A DNA stretch of 58,950 nucleotides, the filler included, from Sphacelaria rigidula (taxonomy: Eukaryota), in NCBI GenBank assembly GCA_964200075.2. It is 10 parts of 10 records of this genome, joined end to end, with 100 filler letters (N's around TTAATTAATTAA, not from the genome) between each part and the next. Parts side by side here need not be neighbours in the genome. Positions count along the whole stretch, not along the records: positions 5,906 to 11,710 come from CAXNAA020024329.1; positions 11,811 to 17,615 come from CAXNAA020024330.1; positions 17,716 to 23,520 come from CAXNAA020024331.1; 7 more parts are not named here. One strand, given 5' to 3'. Positions 11,701-22,927 of the stretch are shown here, piece after piece. Below the pieces are notes generated by a model. It saw only the letters and a program-made list of their open reading frames with translations. It ran no database searches and had not been told where the DNA came from. Each line of letters begins with the position of its first letter. Position 1 is the stretch's first letter. Made by a program: the position numbers and the translations under genes.

Positions 11701-12333
11701 GTTCGTTCTANNNNNNNNNNNNNNNNNNNNNNNNNNNNNNNNNNNNNNNNNNNNTTAATTAATTAANNNNNNNNNNNNNNNNNNNNNNNNNNNNNNNNNN
11801 NNNNNNNNNNGCTTGTTTTGCCAAAACTATCGACGCTAGCACTTAGGAGTGCCCATGGAAAATGTTATGCGAAAACCCCCCGAAAATAAATCATCCGCAG
11901 AAAATGCTAGACTGAGGTCTGTGCAGTGTAGGAGGGAAACACTATCTCGATCGTTTTTGTGAAGAATTTTACACGTATCTGAATATTGACCGTTTCGTCG
12001 CTGAAGAGCGGGAAAACTGCTTATATTGGACCAAAAACGGTCAATAACACCCTCCTCATAAACGGGGTATCAAGTCCGTATCGCCCCAAAAACATCAACT
12101 TGAGCACTGCAGTTTAAGTGCGGCCTACGCTTTCTCCCTAAATCTACCGGCGCTAGCACTTTCAAGTAGTTTTATAGTGAAGAATAGTACTCCAGAAAAA
12201 CTCAAAAAACAGAATAACTACTGTACGAATTCGGAAAACTTCTGATGCTGAGTACTATACACCGAACATACGTTGAAGCTACAAAACCTAACTTGACCCG
12301 CGCTATTCATCAGCCGCTTGTATTACGACTCAC

Positions 12334-12414
12334 CTGCTGAGGACATTCATAGTCCTGACGAGTCTGGTCTTTGAGGAGTACAGGGCTTGGCTGATGACGA
12401 AGCTCCATAGCAAC
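12334..12414 (-). CDS. TMEM245/AI-2E-like membrane protein, exon 2
   Basis: cag|G TTG...AG|gtgagt; (T)LLWSFVISQALYSSKTRLVRTMNVLS; joined peptide recalls the TMEM245 N-terminal VYF...LLW.......L...K..L pattern. Confidence 0.6.
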
Positions 12415-12718
12415 CTGCCCAGTGACGGAAAGTGAAGACGCGATATCTTTTCTCCTGCCCTATCCTCTTGTTTGTCTGTGTCAATGCTGAGTTTGCACAG
12501 CTGACTCCATCACTCCAATCTAGGGACAAACTCGACAATAACATGGTATTAATGAAACAAAATTGTACAACAAAACTCAGTAAAGGTAGAATGGGGATTC
12601 ACTGCCGACAGCACTAGGCGATGAAGACCGCATCCGACTCCTCATGTCTGCTGCCTTGCGGAGCAATACCGGAGCTGGTTCAGCACGCAGTTCAGGTGCT
12701 TCCTTTCTCGACACTCAC

Positions 12719-12828
12719 GTCCAAACATAGTCCTTGAAGAGCAGTGCATTGAAATATACCACGCAGAAGAACAATGCACTTGTCAGATTAGCGAAGAGAA
12801 GAGTGAGCACCACCTCTAGCAGCTCCAT
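12719..12828 (-). CDS. TMEM245/AI-2E-like membrane protein, exon 1
   Basis: ATG at 12828, MELLEVVLTLLFANLTSALFFCVVYFNALLFKDYVW, donor gtgagt, phase 2 matches next exon. Confidence 0.6.
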
Positions 12829-13801
12829 AGCCAATTTGCCGGGCATATGGGCTGTCGTCCGGCTATTTGGTTGGTGACTTACTGTATTGTATCTCACATT
12901 CGCTCTTTCTACCAAACCCGCGATCGAAAATACCATACCATGTACCGACGGAGAGGCGCCCTACCAATTGCAAGCCAGGGGCCACAGTCCCCAATCAATG
13001 AAGGAAATGCGGAAGACCATTATGGAAGATGCTGAGGAGGGGGGACGACCCAATTTTCACTTGTCGGTACTCCTTGAATATCATGGATAATGGCGATAGT
13101 AAGTGAGTCAGGATATTCTACAACAGGGTACGATATACTCGTCGAGATGGTCAGTGTTATACTGAAATGAAGTAGTTGGTAGTTACAGACAAAACTGAAA
13201 CCACGTAGTTGTTAAATGCACTGAAGATAAGTAGTTATTGAATACACTGAAATCAAGTATAGTGACCATTATCGGGACCAATGTGTCGTTGACTACATCG
13301 AAATCAAGTATACTTGATACGACTCTGAACTCGAGTATTTTGGTACATAGAGTGCTGAACCAAGTACATACTACTGTTGTAGTGCGTTGTATATACAGTA
13401 TACCTGGACAAATACCGGCAATTTTGTCGCTGAAGTCTCAATTGTTGTCAAATATTTCCGTATAAAAAAATTACCTTCGAGTGGGAAGTGCGCGAGTAGC
13501 TAAGTGGGGGGCTCCACGCCCAGGCTACTGTAAAACTATTAAGCTCCAGCGGGAGAAATGCCCACACGCGAATCTACGGAGATACATTCGAAACTGTCCG
13601 CAACTATGTGAATCTACGCAGATAAGTATGTATCATGTTCGTGCATTTCTTGACATACATGGCATCGTCAGTACCGAACAACAGTAGTGCACCCTGCCAT
13701 CGCGCGAAAATGAGCCATAACTAGCGCTGCGAGATGGTGAAACCTCCACAACCACGTGTCTAGATACCTATTTTTGAGGTGACAGACACTTTTGATCAAT
13801 C

Positions 13802-13993
13802 ATGGATACTCTCTCGGCTTCTTCTCGGCCATCGAGGCGAGCACCGCGGTCAGTGATGGGTACTCTGAGATCCTCCAAATCTTCCGATGCCGGCAGCATA
13901 TCGGATGGGTCTCGTACCAGTGCACACCGCCGAGATCGTGAACCATCTGACTCCACGCTGTCGTCGAGGGCTGAGAGCATCGCGGACTCACAG
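13802..13993 (+). CDS. CD36/SR-B family protein, putative exon 1 (Ser-rich N-tail)
   Basis: ATG...CAG|gtgtga, 192 bp, phase 0. Confidence 0.6.
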
Positions 13994-14309
13994 GTGTGAG
14001 GCTCAATTGCCGTACCTGCTGATACGACCGTGGGTATGTATCCGTCGTCTTGGCCAATATTTGCCCATGCATTTACAACAGTAACAACAGCTGCGCGTTA
14101 GGCCAGGAGGAGGCGACATCGAATGCCAGCCAGCTGTTGGTTTGCGGCGTGCATGTGCAGCTGATGCGCATGGTGAGCAGTAGCAGTTCATGTCAATATA
14201 ATTCTATCAGCATGGGCCACCCAAGCTTGGGTCTTGATAGTTGTGTAACGTTGCCCGCACCTGAAAGCACCACGCGGTGGTATACGTGGTATCGTCTGTC
14301 CGTTGCCAG

Positions 14310-14489
14310 ATCTCGAGGGTGTCTTCGATTATGGCTACAGGCCTTCACTCAGTCGGCCTCAATGACAAAATAGGCGCCGTGGCCAAACCGAAAGGCAACG
14401 AGGATCGTGCTCCGACCGGCATGACAAAGAAGTGGCAACAGCACTACGCCCATGGAAAATGGGTACAGTTCGGGAAGTTTTCCTGCCAG
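14310..14489 (+). CDS. CD36/SR-B family protein, exon 2
   Basis: ccag|ATC...CAG|gtgtgt, 180 bp open, phase 0-0. Confidence 0.65.
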
Positions 14490-15208
14490 GTGTGTGCATT
14501 TGCACCGCACTCACTCCGTACCGTATCGTGGGGTTGGTCACGAACGGTTCGAGCAATAATGTAGTATAGTGTGCCACACAGTGCAGTGCACTGATGATCG
14601 AATGACTGTCGCACATTCAGTGATCTGCAACGAACCCGGCCTTGGTCACAGGGTAGACATGTGCTGGGTGAATAAAATTGATCATTCGCTGAAGTAAACT
14701 CGATAAAAGCAGGAACGTAAAAACATAAAAGCGAGAACAAGTAAGCACTCATGGAAAAACACTTGGGAAAATAAACATGATGGAGAAGAAAACATAAACA
14801 GAAAGAAATCAGGAATGGAAAATAGTACATGAGAAAACTGACAGCCTAGGACCTGATGCAAGAGAAACTCAACGAACTCCAGCTAGGGGTTCAAGCGAGG
14901 AGGTCGTGTGAAAAGCTATGCCGTGAGCAGGTTGAACTTAAGCTATCTGAGGACTGCATTTGGGCAGGAATTCTCACCCGCCAGCTCCGCAGAAGCAGAC
15001 ACGAGCACTAATGCGGTTCGGAGAGAGGAGATTTGAAAAATAATTCGATAAAAGAAAGAAAGGAAAGAAGGGAAGGAACAAAAAGATGCGAGGCAGAAAG
15101 TATGTCATAAGGAAAGGGAAAATAGAGAGGGAACGCAGAAACAAGGCGCAACAAAGCAGAAAGCAGGGCTAAGGGAAACTTATCAAAGTACAGCGTAAAA
15201 CAGCAAAG

Positions 15209-15654
15209 AACACGGGATCTAACAAATTGGGGATGGATCATTTATTGGGGATGAGAAACCCGGAGAATTGAAATCTTCGTATCCACACCAAATCTTCGAA
15301 CTATGGTTCCATTTCTTCACCTACTGATAGCTCTTGACAACTACAACACGTCATACAAATTTGGATCTCGATAACCGAAATGTTGGGGGTCCTACGTGAA
15401 AAACCAATTTCTGAACCATCATGGCGTCCGTTCGGACACCCGAAATTCCCCAAAATTGTTTTTTTCACCTAGGACCCCAACATTTCGGTTATCGAGATCC
15501 AAATTAGTATGACGTGTAGTAGTTGTCAAAAGCTATCAGTAGGTGAAGAAATGGAACCATATTTCGAAGATTTGGTGTGGATACGAAAATTTTAAGTCTC
15601 CGGGTTTCTTATCCCCAATAAATGATCCATCCCCAATTTGTAAGATCCCGTGTT
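15209..15654. mobile_element. Fold-back MITE, ~200-bp TIRs, 4-bp TSD AAAG, in CD36-like intron
   Basis: AAAG|AACACGGGATCT...AGATCCCGTGTT|AAAG; arms reverse-complementary around a ~40-bp spacer. Confidence 0.88.
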
Positions 15655-15901
15655 AAAGGCATGTTGCTTACATCTATACATGCGTAGCCTGTATAATCAC
15701 TATATTGCGGTGCTAATGAAACATGACAACAAATAGACTTCGACCACTGCGGTTGTTGCAGGAGCACATGATGTTCCATTTGCACCGCCCCTCAGGGTTC
15801 GACACGCTTGGCAACACTTGCGCTACTACGCGAGTTGCGTTGTTCTACGCATCTCCCATAAGACGTCTAAGTGTCGCGTTCATGACCGCTCTTCTCGACA
15901 G

Positions 15902-16066
15902 ATTGCTGGCGCCATGTTTTGGGTCATGTGCGTCTTGTGGTCGCAGCTCCTCTACCCGCTGGCGCTGAACAGCAAGACACTCTTCGAAGCCATTATCGAT
16001 GGCAACGATCAGGCCGCGTCGGACTCAACATACAACAAGTGGTTGAAAGGACTATTTTCAAACCAG
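15902..16066 (+). CDS. CD36/SR-B family protein, exon 3 (N-terminal TM helix; alternative donor at 16093)
   Basis: IAGAMFWVMCVLWSQLLYPL...AIIDGNDQAASDSTYNKW; TM segment followed by Y..W as in CD36-family proteins. Confidence 0.75.
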
Positions 16067-16504
16067 GCACGCGCCTTCCTGCTGATGGGTAGAGTGAATA
16101 GACATGGAGGGAAAACTTCCATCGAATGTTTTCGCGGGGGCTTATACTCGACTTCGATTTCGTGCTTATGGCAGCATCATACCTAGTGTGTGATGGTTTC
16201 GCCAGTTATGTGCCTGCAAGACCGCCGCGTCCACTTGTACATAGATAGCTACAATACTACACATGGTGTTATGGTGACCAGCTCAACGTTTTGAGCGACA
16301 TCGCGCGTAGAGGAATTTCTCGGCCCAACCCTATACGTGGAATCGCTGGTAAGTAACGAGAGAGTTTACCGTCCAACCCTGTGGGTGGACACTTGCGTAC
16401 AGGACCACTCCCGGGCAGTCTTCGCGTCTGCATCTTGTAAGGCCTCGCGCTCAAGTGACATTTCTTACATTCCCGTCGTTTGTCCGCAAAATCGATACAT
16501 CCAG

Positions 16505-16591
16505 GAGGAGCTGACAGGCGAGTATGCTCTACACAGTTTTTATGTTTGGCACATCACCAATCCGTCCGAGATCATCTTGCAAGGTTTTAAG
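16505..16591 (+). CDS. CD36/SR-B family protein, exon 4
   Basis: EELTGEYALHSFYVWHITNPSEIILQGFK matches the CD36 'FYxFNVTNPxExxxG' motif; cag|..|gtcagt. Confidence 0.88.
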
Positions 16592-16891
16592 GTCAGTGAG
16601 ATCAGATGTTGTTCAACATGTGTATGTAGCATCACCAGGGCGTGGTCCAGAGGGCAGGTTCACATGACACACGATTATTGACCGGAACAGGCGGGGAATG
16701 CCTCAAGAAGACGCCGCAAGAAGACGCTGCAAGACGATACAACGCATCTCAGAGTGGATCATCGCTGGCCGTTCCAATTCCTGTTGCGGTAAAACGAGTC
16801 GATGCACAGACCACCGAACCATCATGCAATTGATAAGCTATGACGCCAGCTACAGAAAATCAAACAGTGCGTGTGTTGCCCGACTGCACAG

Positions 16892-17011
16892 CCGAAGCTT
16901 GAGGAAACTGGCCCGTTCGGATACATCAAACGAACGACAAAGTACGACGCCGAGTTTACGCCTGACGGTAGCGACAGCGTCACGTACCGCTCCTGGACGG
17001 TGTTTGATGCG
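16892..17011 (+). CDS. CD36/SR-B family protein, exon 5 (gene continues past contig end)
   Basis: PKLEETGPFGYIKRTTKYDAEFTPDGSDSVTYRSWTVF matches CD36 'PxLxExGPYxY....K..I.F......VTY'; cag|..|gtgagc. Confidence 0.9.
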
Positions 17012-18509
17012 GTGAGCCTAGGGTCGTTCAGGATTGGATACCGTGTATGTGAAACCCTATTCCTCCAACCAATATTGAGTGCGATTTCTCCAGAAAAAAT
17101 CGACTTGAAAAAATCCATTTATTTACATGAATTCGAAATGTCATTGTGTGCTGTGTTGGTCAGGACGGTGATATGGGTGCACACCTTCAATTAACGCCTT
17201 TCAATACGATATGTGCACAGTGAAACATGTAGGAGGGCAGCGGAATCGGGTGGGAGGGGAAGGAAACTCCAGCCGTATCCATCTCAGCATCCTCCTATAT
17301 GGCCGCGACTTATGAAATACACTGTCGCCTCTTGTAACGGGATTCGTGACCGGTGGTTGCAACAATCCACAAATCATTCTGTATTTTTGCTATGCGGACA
17401 CTTTCGCCCCCCCCTCCTCCCAATCATGGTGAGGCACCCATGAGGCAGTGTATAAGCTGTGGCTGTCTCAGGAAGTGGCGATACCAGATAATAAAGAAAC
17501 TCATCGTAGGCTGTCATCCAAATGCATGAGGCTTTCTGTTATGCTAGCATAATAGAAAGCCTCATGCACCGGGTGTATTGTCGGGTGAAGTTGTAGGCCT
17601 GCCGTGGCCAGTTGANNNNNNNNNNNNNNNNNNNNNNNNNNNNNNNNNNNNNNNNNNNNTTAATTAATTAANNNNNNNNNNNNNNNNNNNNNNNNNNNNN
17701 NNNNNNNNNNNNNNNAGACGGAGCTCTGTTCCTACTCCTAATAGAGACACCTTCAACATTCTGGCGCTCATGGGGAGGAGGGAGGGGGGGGGGACTAGAC
17801 GTGAAAGTAAGTTTTGCTCCCACGGATCGGTGACAAACACACACCCTCACTAGAACTTTACAAGGTGTAGATTCCAGAAGGATGCAGTGCCGGAACCTAA
17901 GTGATTCCAACTGCCAGTTCAAATGAACCCAGGTTGTCAGTTGTCGGCCATAAATCAAGCCTCAATTACAACTAAAGTACGTGAAACAAAGAGGGAACTA
18001 ACTCGTTTGGAGGGGCGATGTGAGATGCTCACGATAACGTAAGGAATCATATTTGGGTGCGTTGGAAGTTCGAGGATTGCAATTCTCCGACGATATTTAC
18101 GTCGCGTTACTCGAAACTTGCTGTGCTCGTGGTGAACGTGAGATACAGTACCCCGAAACGCATTACTGTAGGAGATGGGGGTATAGTGGTGAAATTTGAA
18201 TTTGGAGGAGGGAAAATGGTTTTTCAGGGTGAAAAAACTCGTTCTCTCGTGTTTGGTTGCAGATAACTGGCTAGTCTGCACGAACTCAGAATATGATATG
18301 GGAAGTAAGAAAGTCGGCATTCCCTGGAGAAAGCATATCGCTTCCTTGGTGTCTTGTCTTGAGTTGGGTACGAACCTCGGCTTCATCAGGCGTTTAGTAG
18401 GATCGATGACGGGCAGTAGTGAGCGCTGCTAACAGACACTTGGCCTACGTGCAGGGGCCCGGAGAGAGAGGGTGGAGGGACAAATGGAGAGTTCGTTAAG
18501 CATTCGCCA

Positions 18510-18581
18510 CTGTTGCTGTCGCTGTCGCTGTTGCTGCTGTTGCTGTGTCTCTTTTCGTGATTTGACGTTTTCTGCTGCTAT

Positions 18582-18620
<39 letters not shown>
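18510..18620. repeat. (GCT)n / (GCTGTT)n microsatellite
   Basis: Direct reading. Confidence 0.9.
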
Positions 18621-21600
18621 CGTCTCAATAGATCTGCAGCTTACAGTTCAACAACTGCCTCCATGTAGTCGGGAATGGACCTTGCCCGCCCACCGCTGTG
18701 TGCGGTCCTAAAGGCGGCTAATCTCTAAAACAGAACAGCTGCGTGCACGATGATTTCGAGGTAGGAGATACCACAAGGTTGGAATACGCTGGGAATTTGC
18801 GGGGTAAATCTAGAGTCGTCGAAGAAGATGTAGCTTATGCCCTCCCGAGCAGGATGGCTGTTGCTGTCATTGGCCGAAGGACTACAGAGCTACACATGTC
18901 CACTTCGTTGATGTTCAGGCAAGAAACTTGGTAGACTAAAGAGTTGTGCATGAGTGCCCTCGAGGTTTTAGTCTCGGGCTCTTGAGGATGGAATACATAT
19001 GCATGCAGGGTGATGATATCTGGCAAATTAAGGCTAGCCAAACCCTTTCGGGTTATGTCGCACTAGTTCACTGTCCGAACAGTGTTTGCCGTTAAACATG
19101 TGTGTTTCATCGTTTGCGCATATTGTGACGTCAATCTCCAATATAAGTAGACGAATGTAACTTTCACCTAACAGTGAGACAGATGTTCAAAATGGCTGTC
19201 CGTCAGCTCTGTCAGTCTTGACATTGGAAACACAGCAAAACGTACTCCCGATTGTCATGAAATGAAAGGCCGCGTTGTTTCATCCGTCCATGAGTATAGT
19301 AGTGTCTTAGATGTGATCATGAAAAGTTCGATAACAAATAATTCTTAGGCTGGCACGGCAATCCCGTTTGGTGAGGCGTTTTTTTTGCCGGATAAGATTA
19401 TAGCTGCCAGCGACGGGGTATGCCTGTTCTGAAGGCGATCTTACTGAAAGGCGCGTGAACTCAACACACGGTGGGACTTATCTCGAAAACTCTGAGGGGG
19501 AATGGGGGGCAGGGGGGGAGGTCGAGCTTATTTCGGCTTCGTCCGTGGGGCACGGCGAGCTACTAGAGAGTCTTTGCTCTTGGGTCTGAGTAAGCAATCC
19601 TGAGCACATGGGATGGTGAAGCTATTTGTGGTTGTCCCACCCTGAGCAGAGTGGGTAGCACAATCACTTGGCCATCGCGGCGCACGGTGGGATATTGTAA
19701 GCACTCAGCCATGAAATCGTACGTTTATCCTAACCGGTGTCAGGGTTATGGTTGAGTTTCGGGGTGAGGTTCGTGTATGAAAGGTACCCTGCACCCAGGG
19801 AAAACTAATTCCTAGCTTCGAGTAGGCGAATTTTCATAACCTAGATAGATGTCCAGATGGACATCAAACTCTGGGTTGAGGGATATCGTTATCCATATAG
19901 ATTGGACGCCGACCTGGAATGTCCCAACAAAAGAAGTTATAGGCCCACTATGTCCCGACAGCATGAAATATAGATCTACCTCCCAGATGGATATCCATAT
20001 TTGATACCAAGCTGAAGGGAATGCAAAGCTTCCGCCAAACTGAGACACAACCGCAATCGAATGAATCCGCCATTGAGTCGACGAGTAATGAAATGCCTCG
20101 CCGAGGCATTACATGGGATTGCCTCGCTGGGCATTCCTGACCGATCACTTCTGGTACTTGTCGATGCTCGCTTACCTGCGTCCGAAGTTTGCCATATTCC
20201 TCCATGCTACGACTTGAACAAAAGTACAGCGTGTGAGACGCCAACTAATCGAATACATCCATCCGTTTCGCACCGTGCGCCACAGGCATGACTCCTGTAC
20301 CCAGGCATCGCTATCCCGGACCCTTCAGTACTCTACTCCTGCTTACGATACTGACTGGTACCGCTGCTAATATGCAGGGTCGAAGACCTCGGACCCTGCC
20401 CTCTGCGCCGATTCACGGCCATATGCTCCGTCACTTCGCCGTCTGCAGCCACGAGGCCCAGATTTCGGATTGTGGGGGGGGAAAGGCGTTTGTTTTCCTT
20501 TGCATGGAGTGCTGGCTACTTTACCAGGAACCGTTTTATTGGCGAATTATACGTTTGGATTTTCATCGAGACGGTTGCGCTCGGCTTGTCCAGTCAAGCG
20601 TGCGGTGTCGACACACGCTCTGAAGAGGCACATGACACTGGACGACCTCATAACAACAATCATAGCTGAAGTGCATATCCACCGCGTGGTCGGTAGTCCG
20701 TGTATGCTAGAAGTGGGTGGCCATAATGCATATCCACCGCGTAGCCGGTAGTATGTGTGCGTGTAAGGCGCATTCTAGAAGCTGCACCGTTTGACAATAG
20801 GTAAAGAGTGCCGACTGAGCCAACTCTAAATTGAAAGAGACACAACTCGATGGTATAGGTAATGGCCACATCACAACACTGCAAGTTGTACTTCATATAC
20901 ATCGCGTAGCCGGTAGTCCGTGTATGATGAGTAGGGACGTGCATTCTTCACACAGCATCCGTCACGGTCGGTCTTCAAGTCGCGATATGGAATATGAAGA
21001 AACACGTACATGATGCTTGATAGTGAATTCAGCACAGCATGATTATTGGTGATGGATTCATTACAACAGTACCTGAGTGACAATGTTCTGCCCGTGGTGA
21101 TAATGGAATCGCAATAACACTTGCAGCTGCAATGCCGGTGGTCCGTTTTTGCTGCTAGAATTAATACCAACTCTCACGTTGACCCTAACAGCTGTGGTAC
21201 AGCCGGAATGCATATCCACAGCATGATCGGTAGTCCGTGTATGCCGGACGTGGGTGTGGAGGTGCAGTCCTCTTACAACACCTTCCACAAATAGACGAGA
21301 TGGTATTTGCCCAATCGGGCATTTTCAGTCACACGTGAGGAGTCGGCGCACGTTGTAAATAGGCCTATGATACTGGGCGATCTGTTGATAACAACAACAG
21401 CTATTCTCTCAGGGGCACCTGAGAGGTATCTGTGCGGAAAATAAAAAAATGGTGGTGGTAATGGTGGTGGTGGTGGTGATCCCTTGTCATTCGACCGGCC
21501 AAACCCTTGCACTATTTCAAATCAAGTGTCCTTCACGCTAGAAACCACCTCATTGCGCACCTAAAGGTAGTATAAGGATCCGCACGAAGTATCAGGTCAT

Positions 21601-21717
21601 TTCGTCCTCCTTGGGTTGAGTTTGACCCATGGCTGCTAATGCGGCCGTGCCCGGCGCTGCACGGACGGTGGGTCGGAGAGATGTAACACACGCGCACAAA
21701 AACTTTGGAATAGTACA

Positions 21718-21851
21718 CACCCTGGACAATAGATTTCATTGCCAAAAATGTACTGCGTACAATATGGGATGTATTGTCTGTTGCAATAGACAATACATCC
21801 CATATTGTACGCAGTACATTTTTTGACAGTGTCATCTATTGTCCAGGGTGC
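21718..21851. mobile_element. Palindromic mini-MITE flanked by direct repeat GGAATAGTACA (Mutator-like TSD length)
   Basis: CACCCTGGACAATAGA...TCTATTGTCCAGGGTG with almost no loop; GGAATAGTACA at 21707-21717 and 21852-21862. Confidence 0.8.
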
Positions 21852-22392
21852 GGAATAGTACATCTCTGTCAATACGGAAGCAAAATGAACGTATCGCATA
21901 TCAAATTAAAGATCTCCTTCATCACAAATACATCCACACGTGTGTTTTTGTCACCGTTTCCTGTGCGTTTAGAAATTGTGGCCTATCGTCCCAGGGGTTA
22001 CTTACGCTACATGCATTTCGTATACTCCCTCGAACCTCTTTATCAAAATTCGAGGAAACTTCCGAATCTGCATTTATCCGACAAAATAAACGGTGTTTTG
22101 ATACACATCGTTGTACCCCTTGCACTGGGCTCAACGCACACCCGCAGTAGTGCTGAGTATGCCACATATCGCACCAGTAGTACTTCTTGTCCTTATTGCT
22201 GTCTCAACGATGGCCCAAAATTCAAATGGAAATAATCGCGAAATACCCCGATCACGCGGCACTCCGTCTAGCCGTGCTCGCCGGGGGCAGAGATCGTTTT
22301 TCGCCACCATCCCGGTTGCCTCCACTGGTGGACCAGAACTCATCGCCCTCGGTGGTCCTCGTCGTCTTGACTCCCGGCACTTCGTGGGTGTT

Positions 22393-22927
22393 CCTTCGAG
22401 TTGGTGTGGACTTGCCGTCGGTGCGAATTGCACTTCTCCTGGTATGCCCTCCAAACTTGATTGTTGTGCTTTTAGATGTCTTTGCACGTATTATGCGCCT
22501 CCTACGGTGTCATCTATCTTGCGCATCCGCCTTGCTTGCGATAGCAACGTGCCTTCAGGCTCCATAGCTCCGCTGTTTTTGCCATATTTACTTCCCACTA
22601 CTTGGCCTTTCAGTGTCCAGTGTAGCCCGTACCTGTTTCCTCTCTTTCCAATTGTAAGGGTTTACGACCCTCCTTTTGCCTTAGTTTACCGAGGTTTTCA
22701 GTGCTTTTCCTTCGAGCTTATTGGTGTGGACTTGTCGTCGGTGCGAATTGCACTTCTCCTGGTATGCTCTCCAAACTTGATTGTTGTGCTTTCAGATGTC
22801 TTTGCACGTATTATGCGCCTCCTACGGTGTCATCTATCTTACGCATCCGCTTTGCCTGCGATAGAACCGTGCCTACAGATTTCTCACCTCTGCTGTTTTT
22901 GCCATGTTTAGGTACTAGTACTTGGCC
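22393..22927. repeat. Local direct duplication, ~220-bp copies at ~22393 and ~22709
   Basis: GGTGTGGACTTG.CGTCGGTGCGAATTGCACTTCTCCTGGTATG... present twice; duplicated peptides in ORF track. Confidence 0.9.

Larger units (their letters stand above)
8354..11710 (+). mobile_element. Decayed Ty3/Gypsy LTR retrotransposon (gag-PR-RT-RNaseH), cut by contig end; left boundary approximate
   Basis: Domain order gag CCHC, protease, RT, RNase H with no integrase before RT; many stops and frameshifts. Confidence 0.92.

Noticed and set aside
20673..21243. CRISPR array
   Set aside because: Spacers are very unequal (~20 to ~280 bp), repeats are degenerate, there are no cas genes and the context is eukaryotic
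22111..22911. 266-aa ORF as a real gene
   Set aside because: Spans a local duplication, has no recognisable domain and lacks splice context; probably decayed TE sequence
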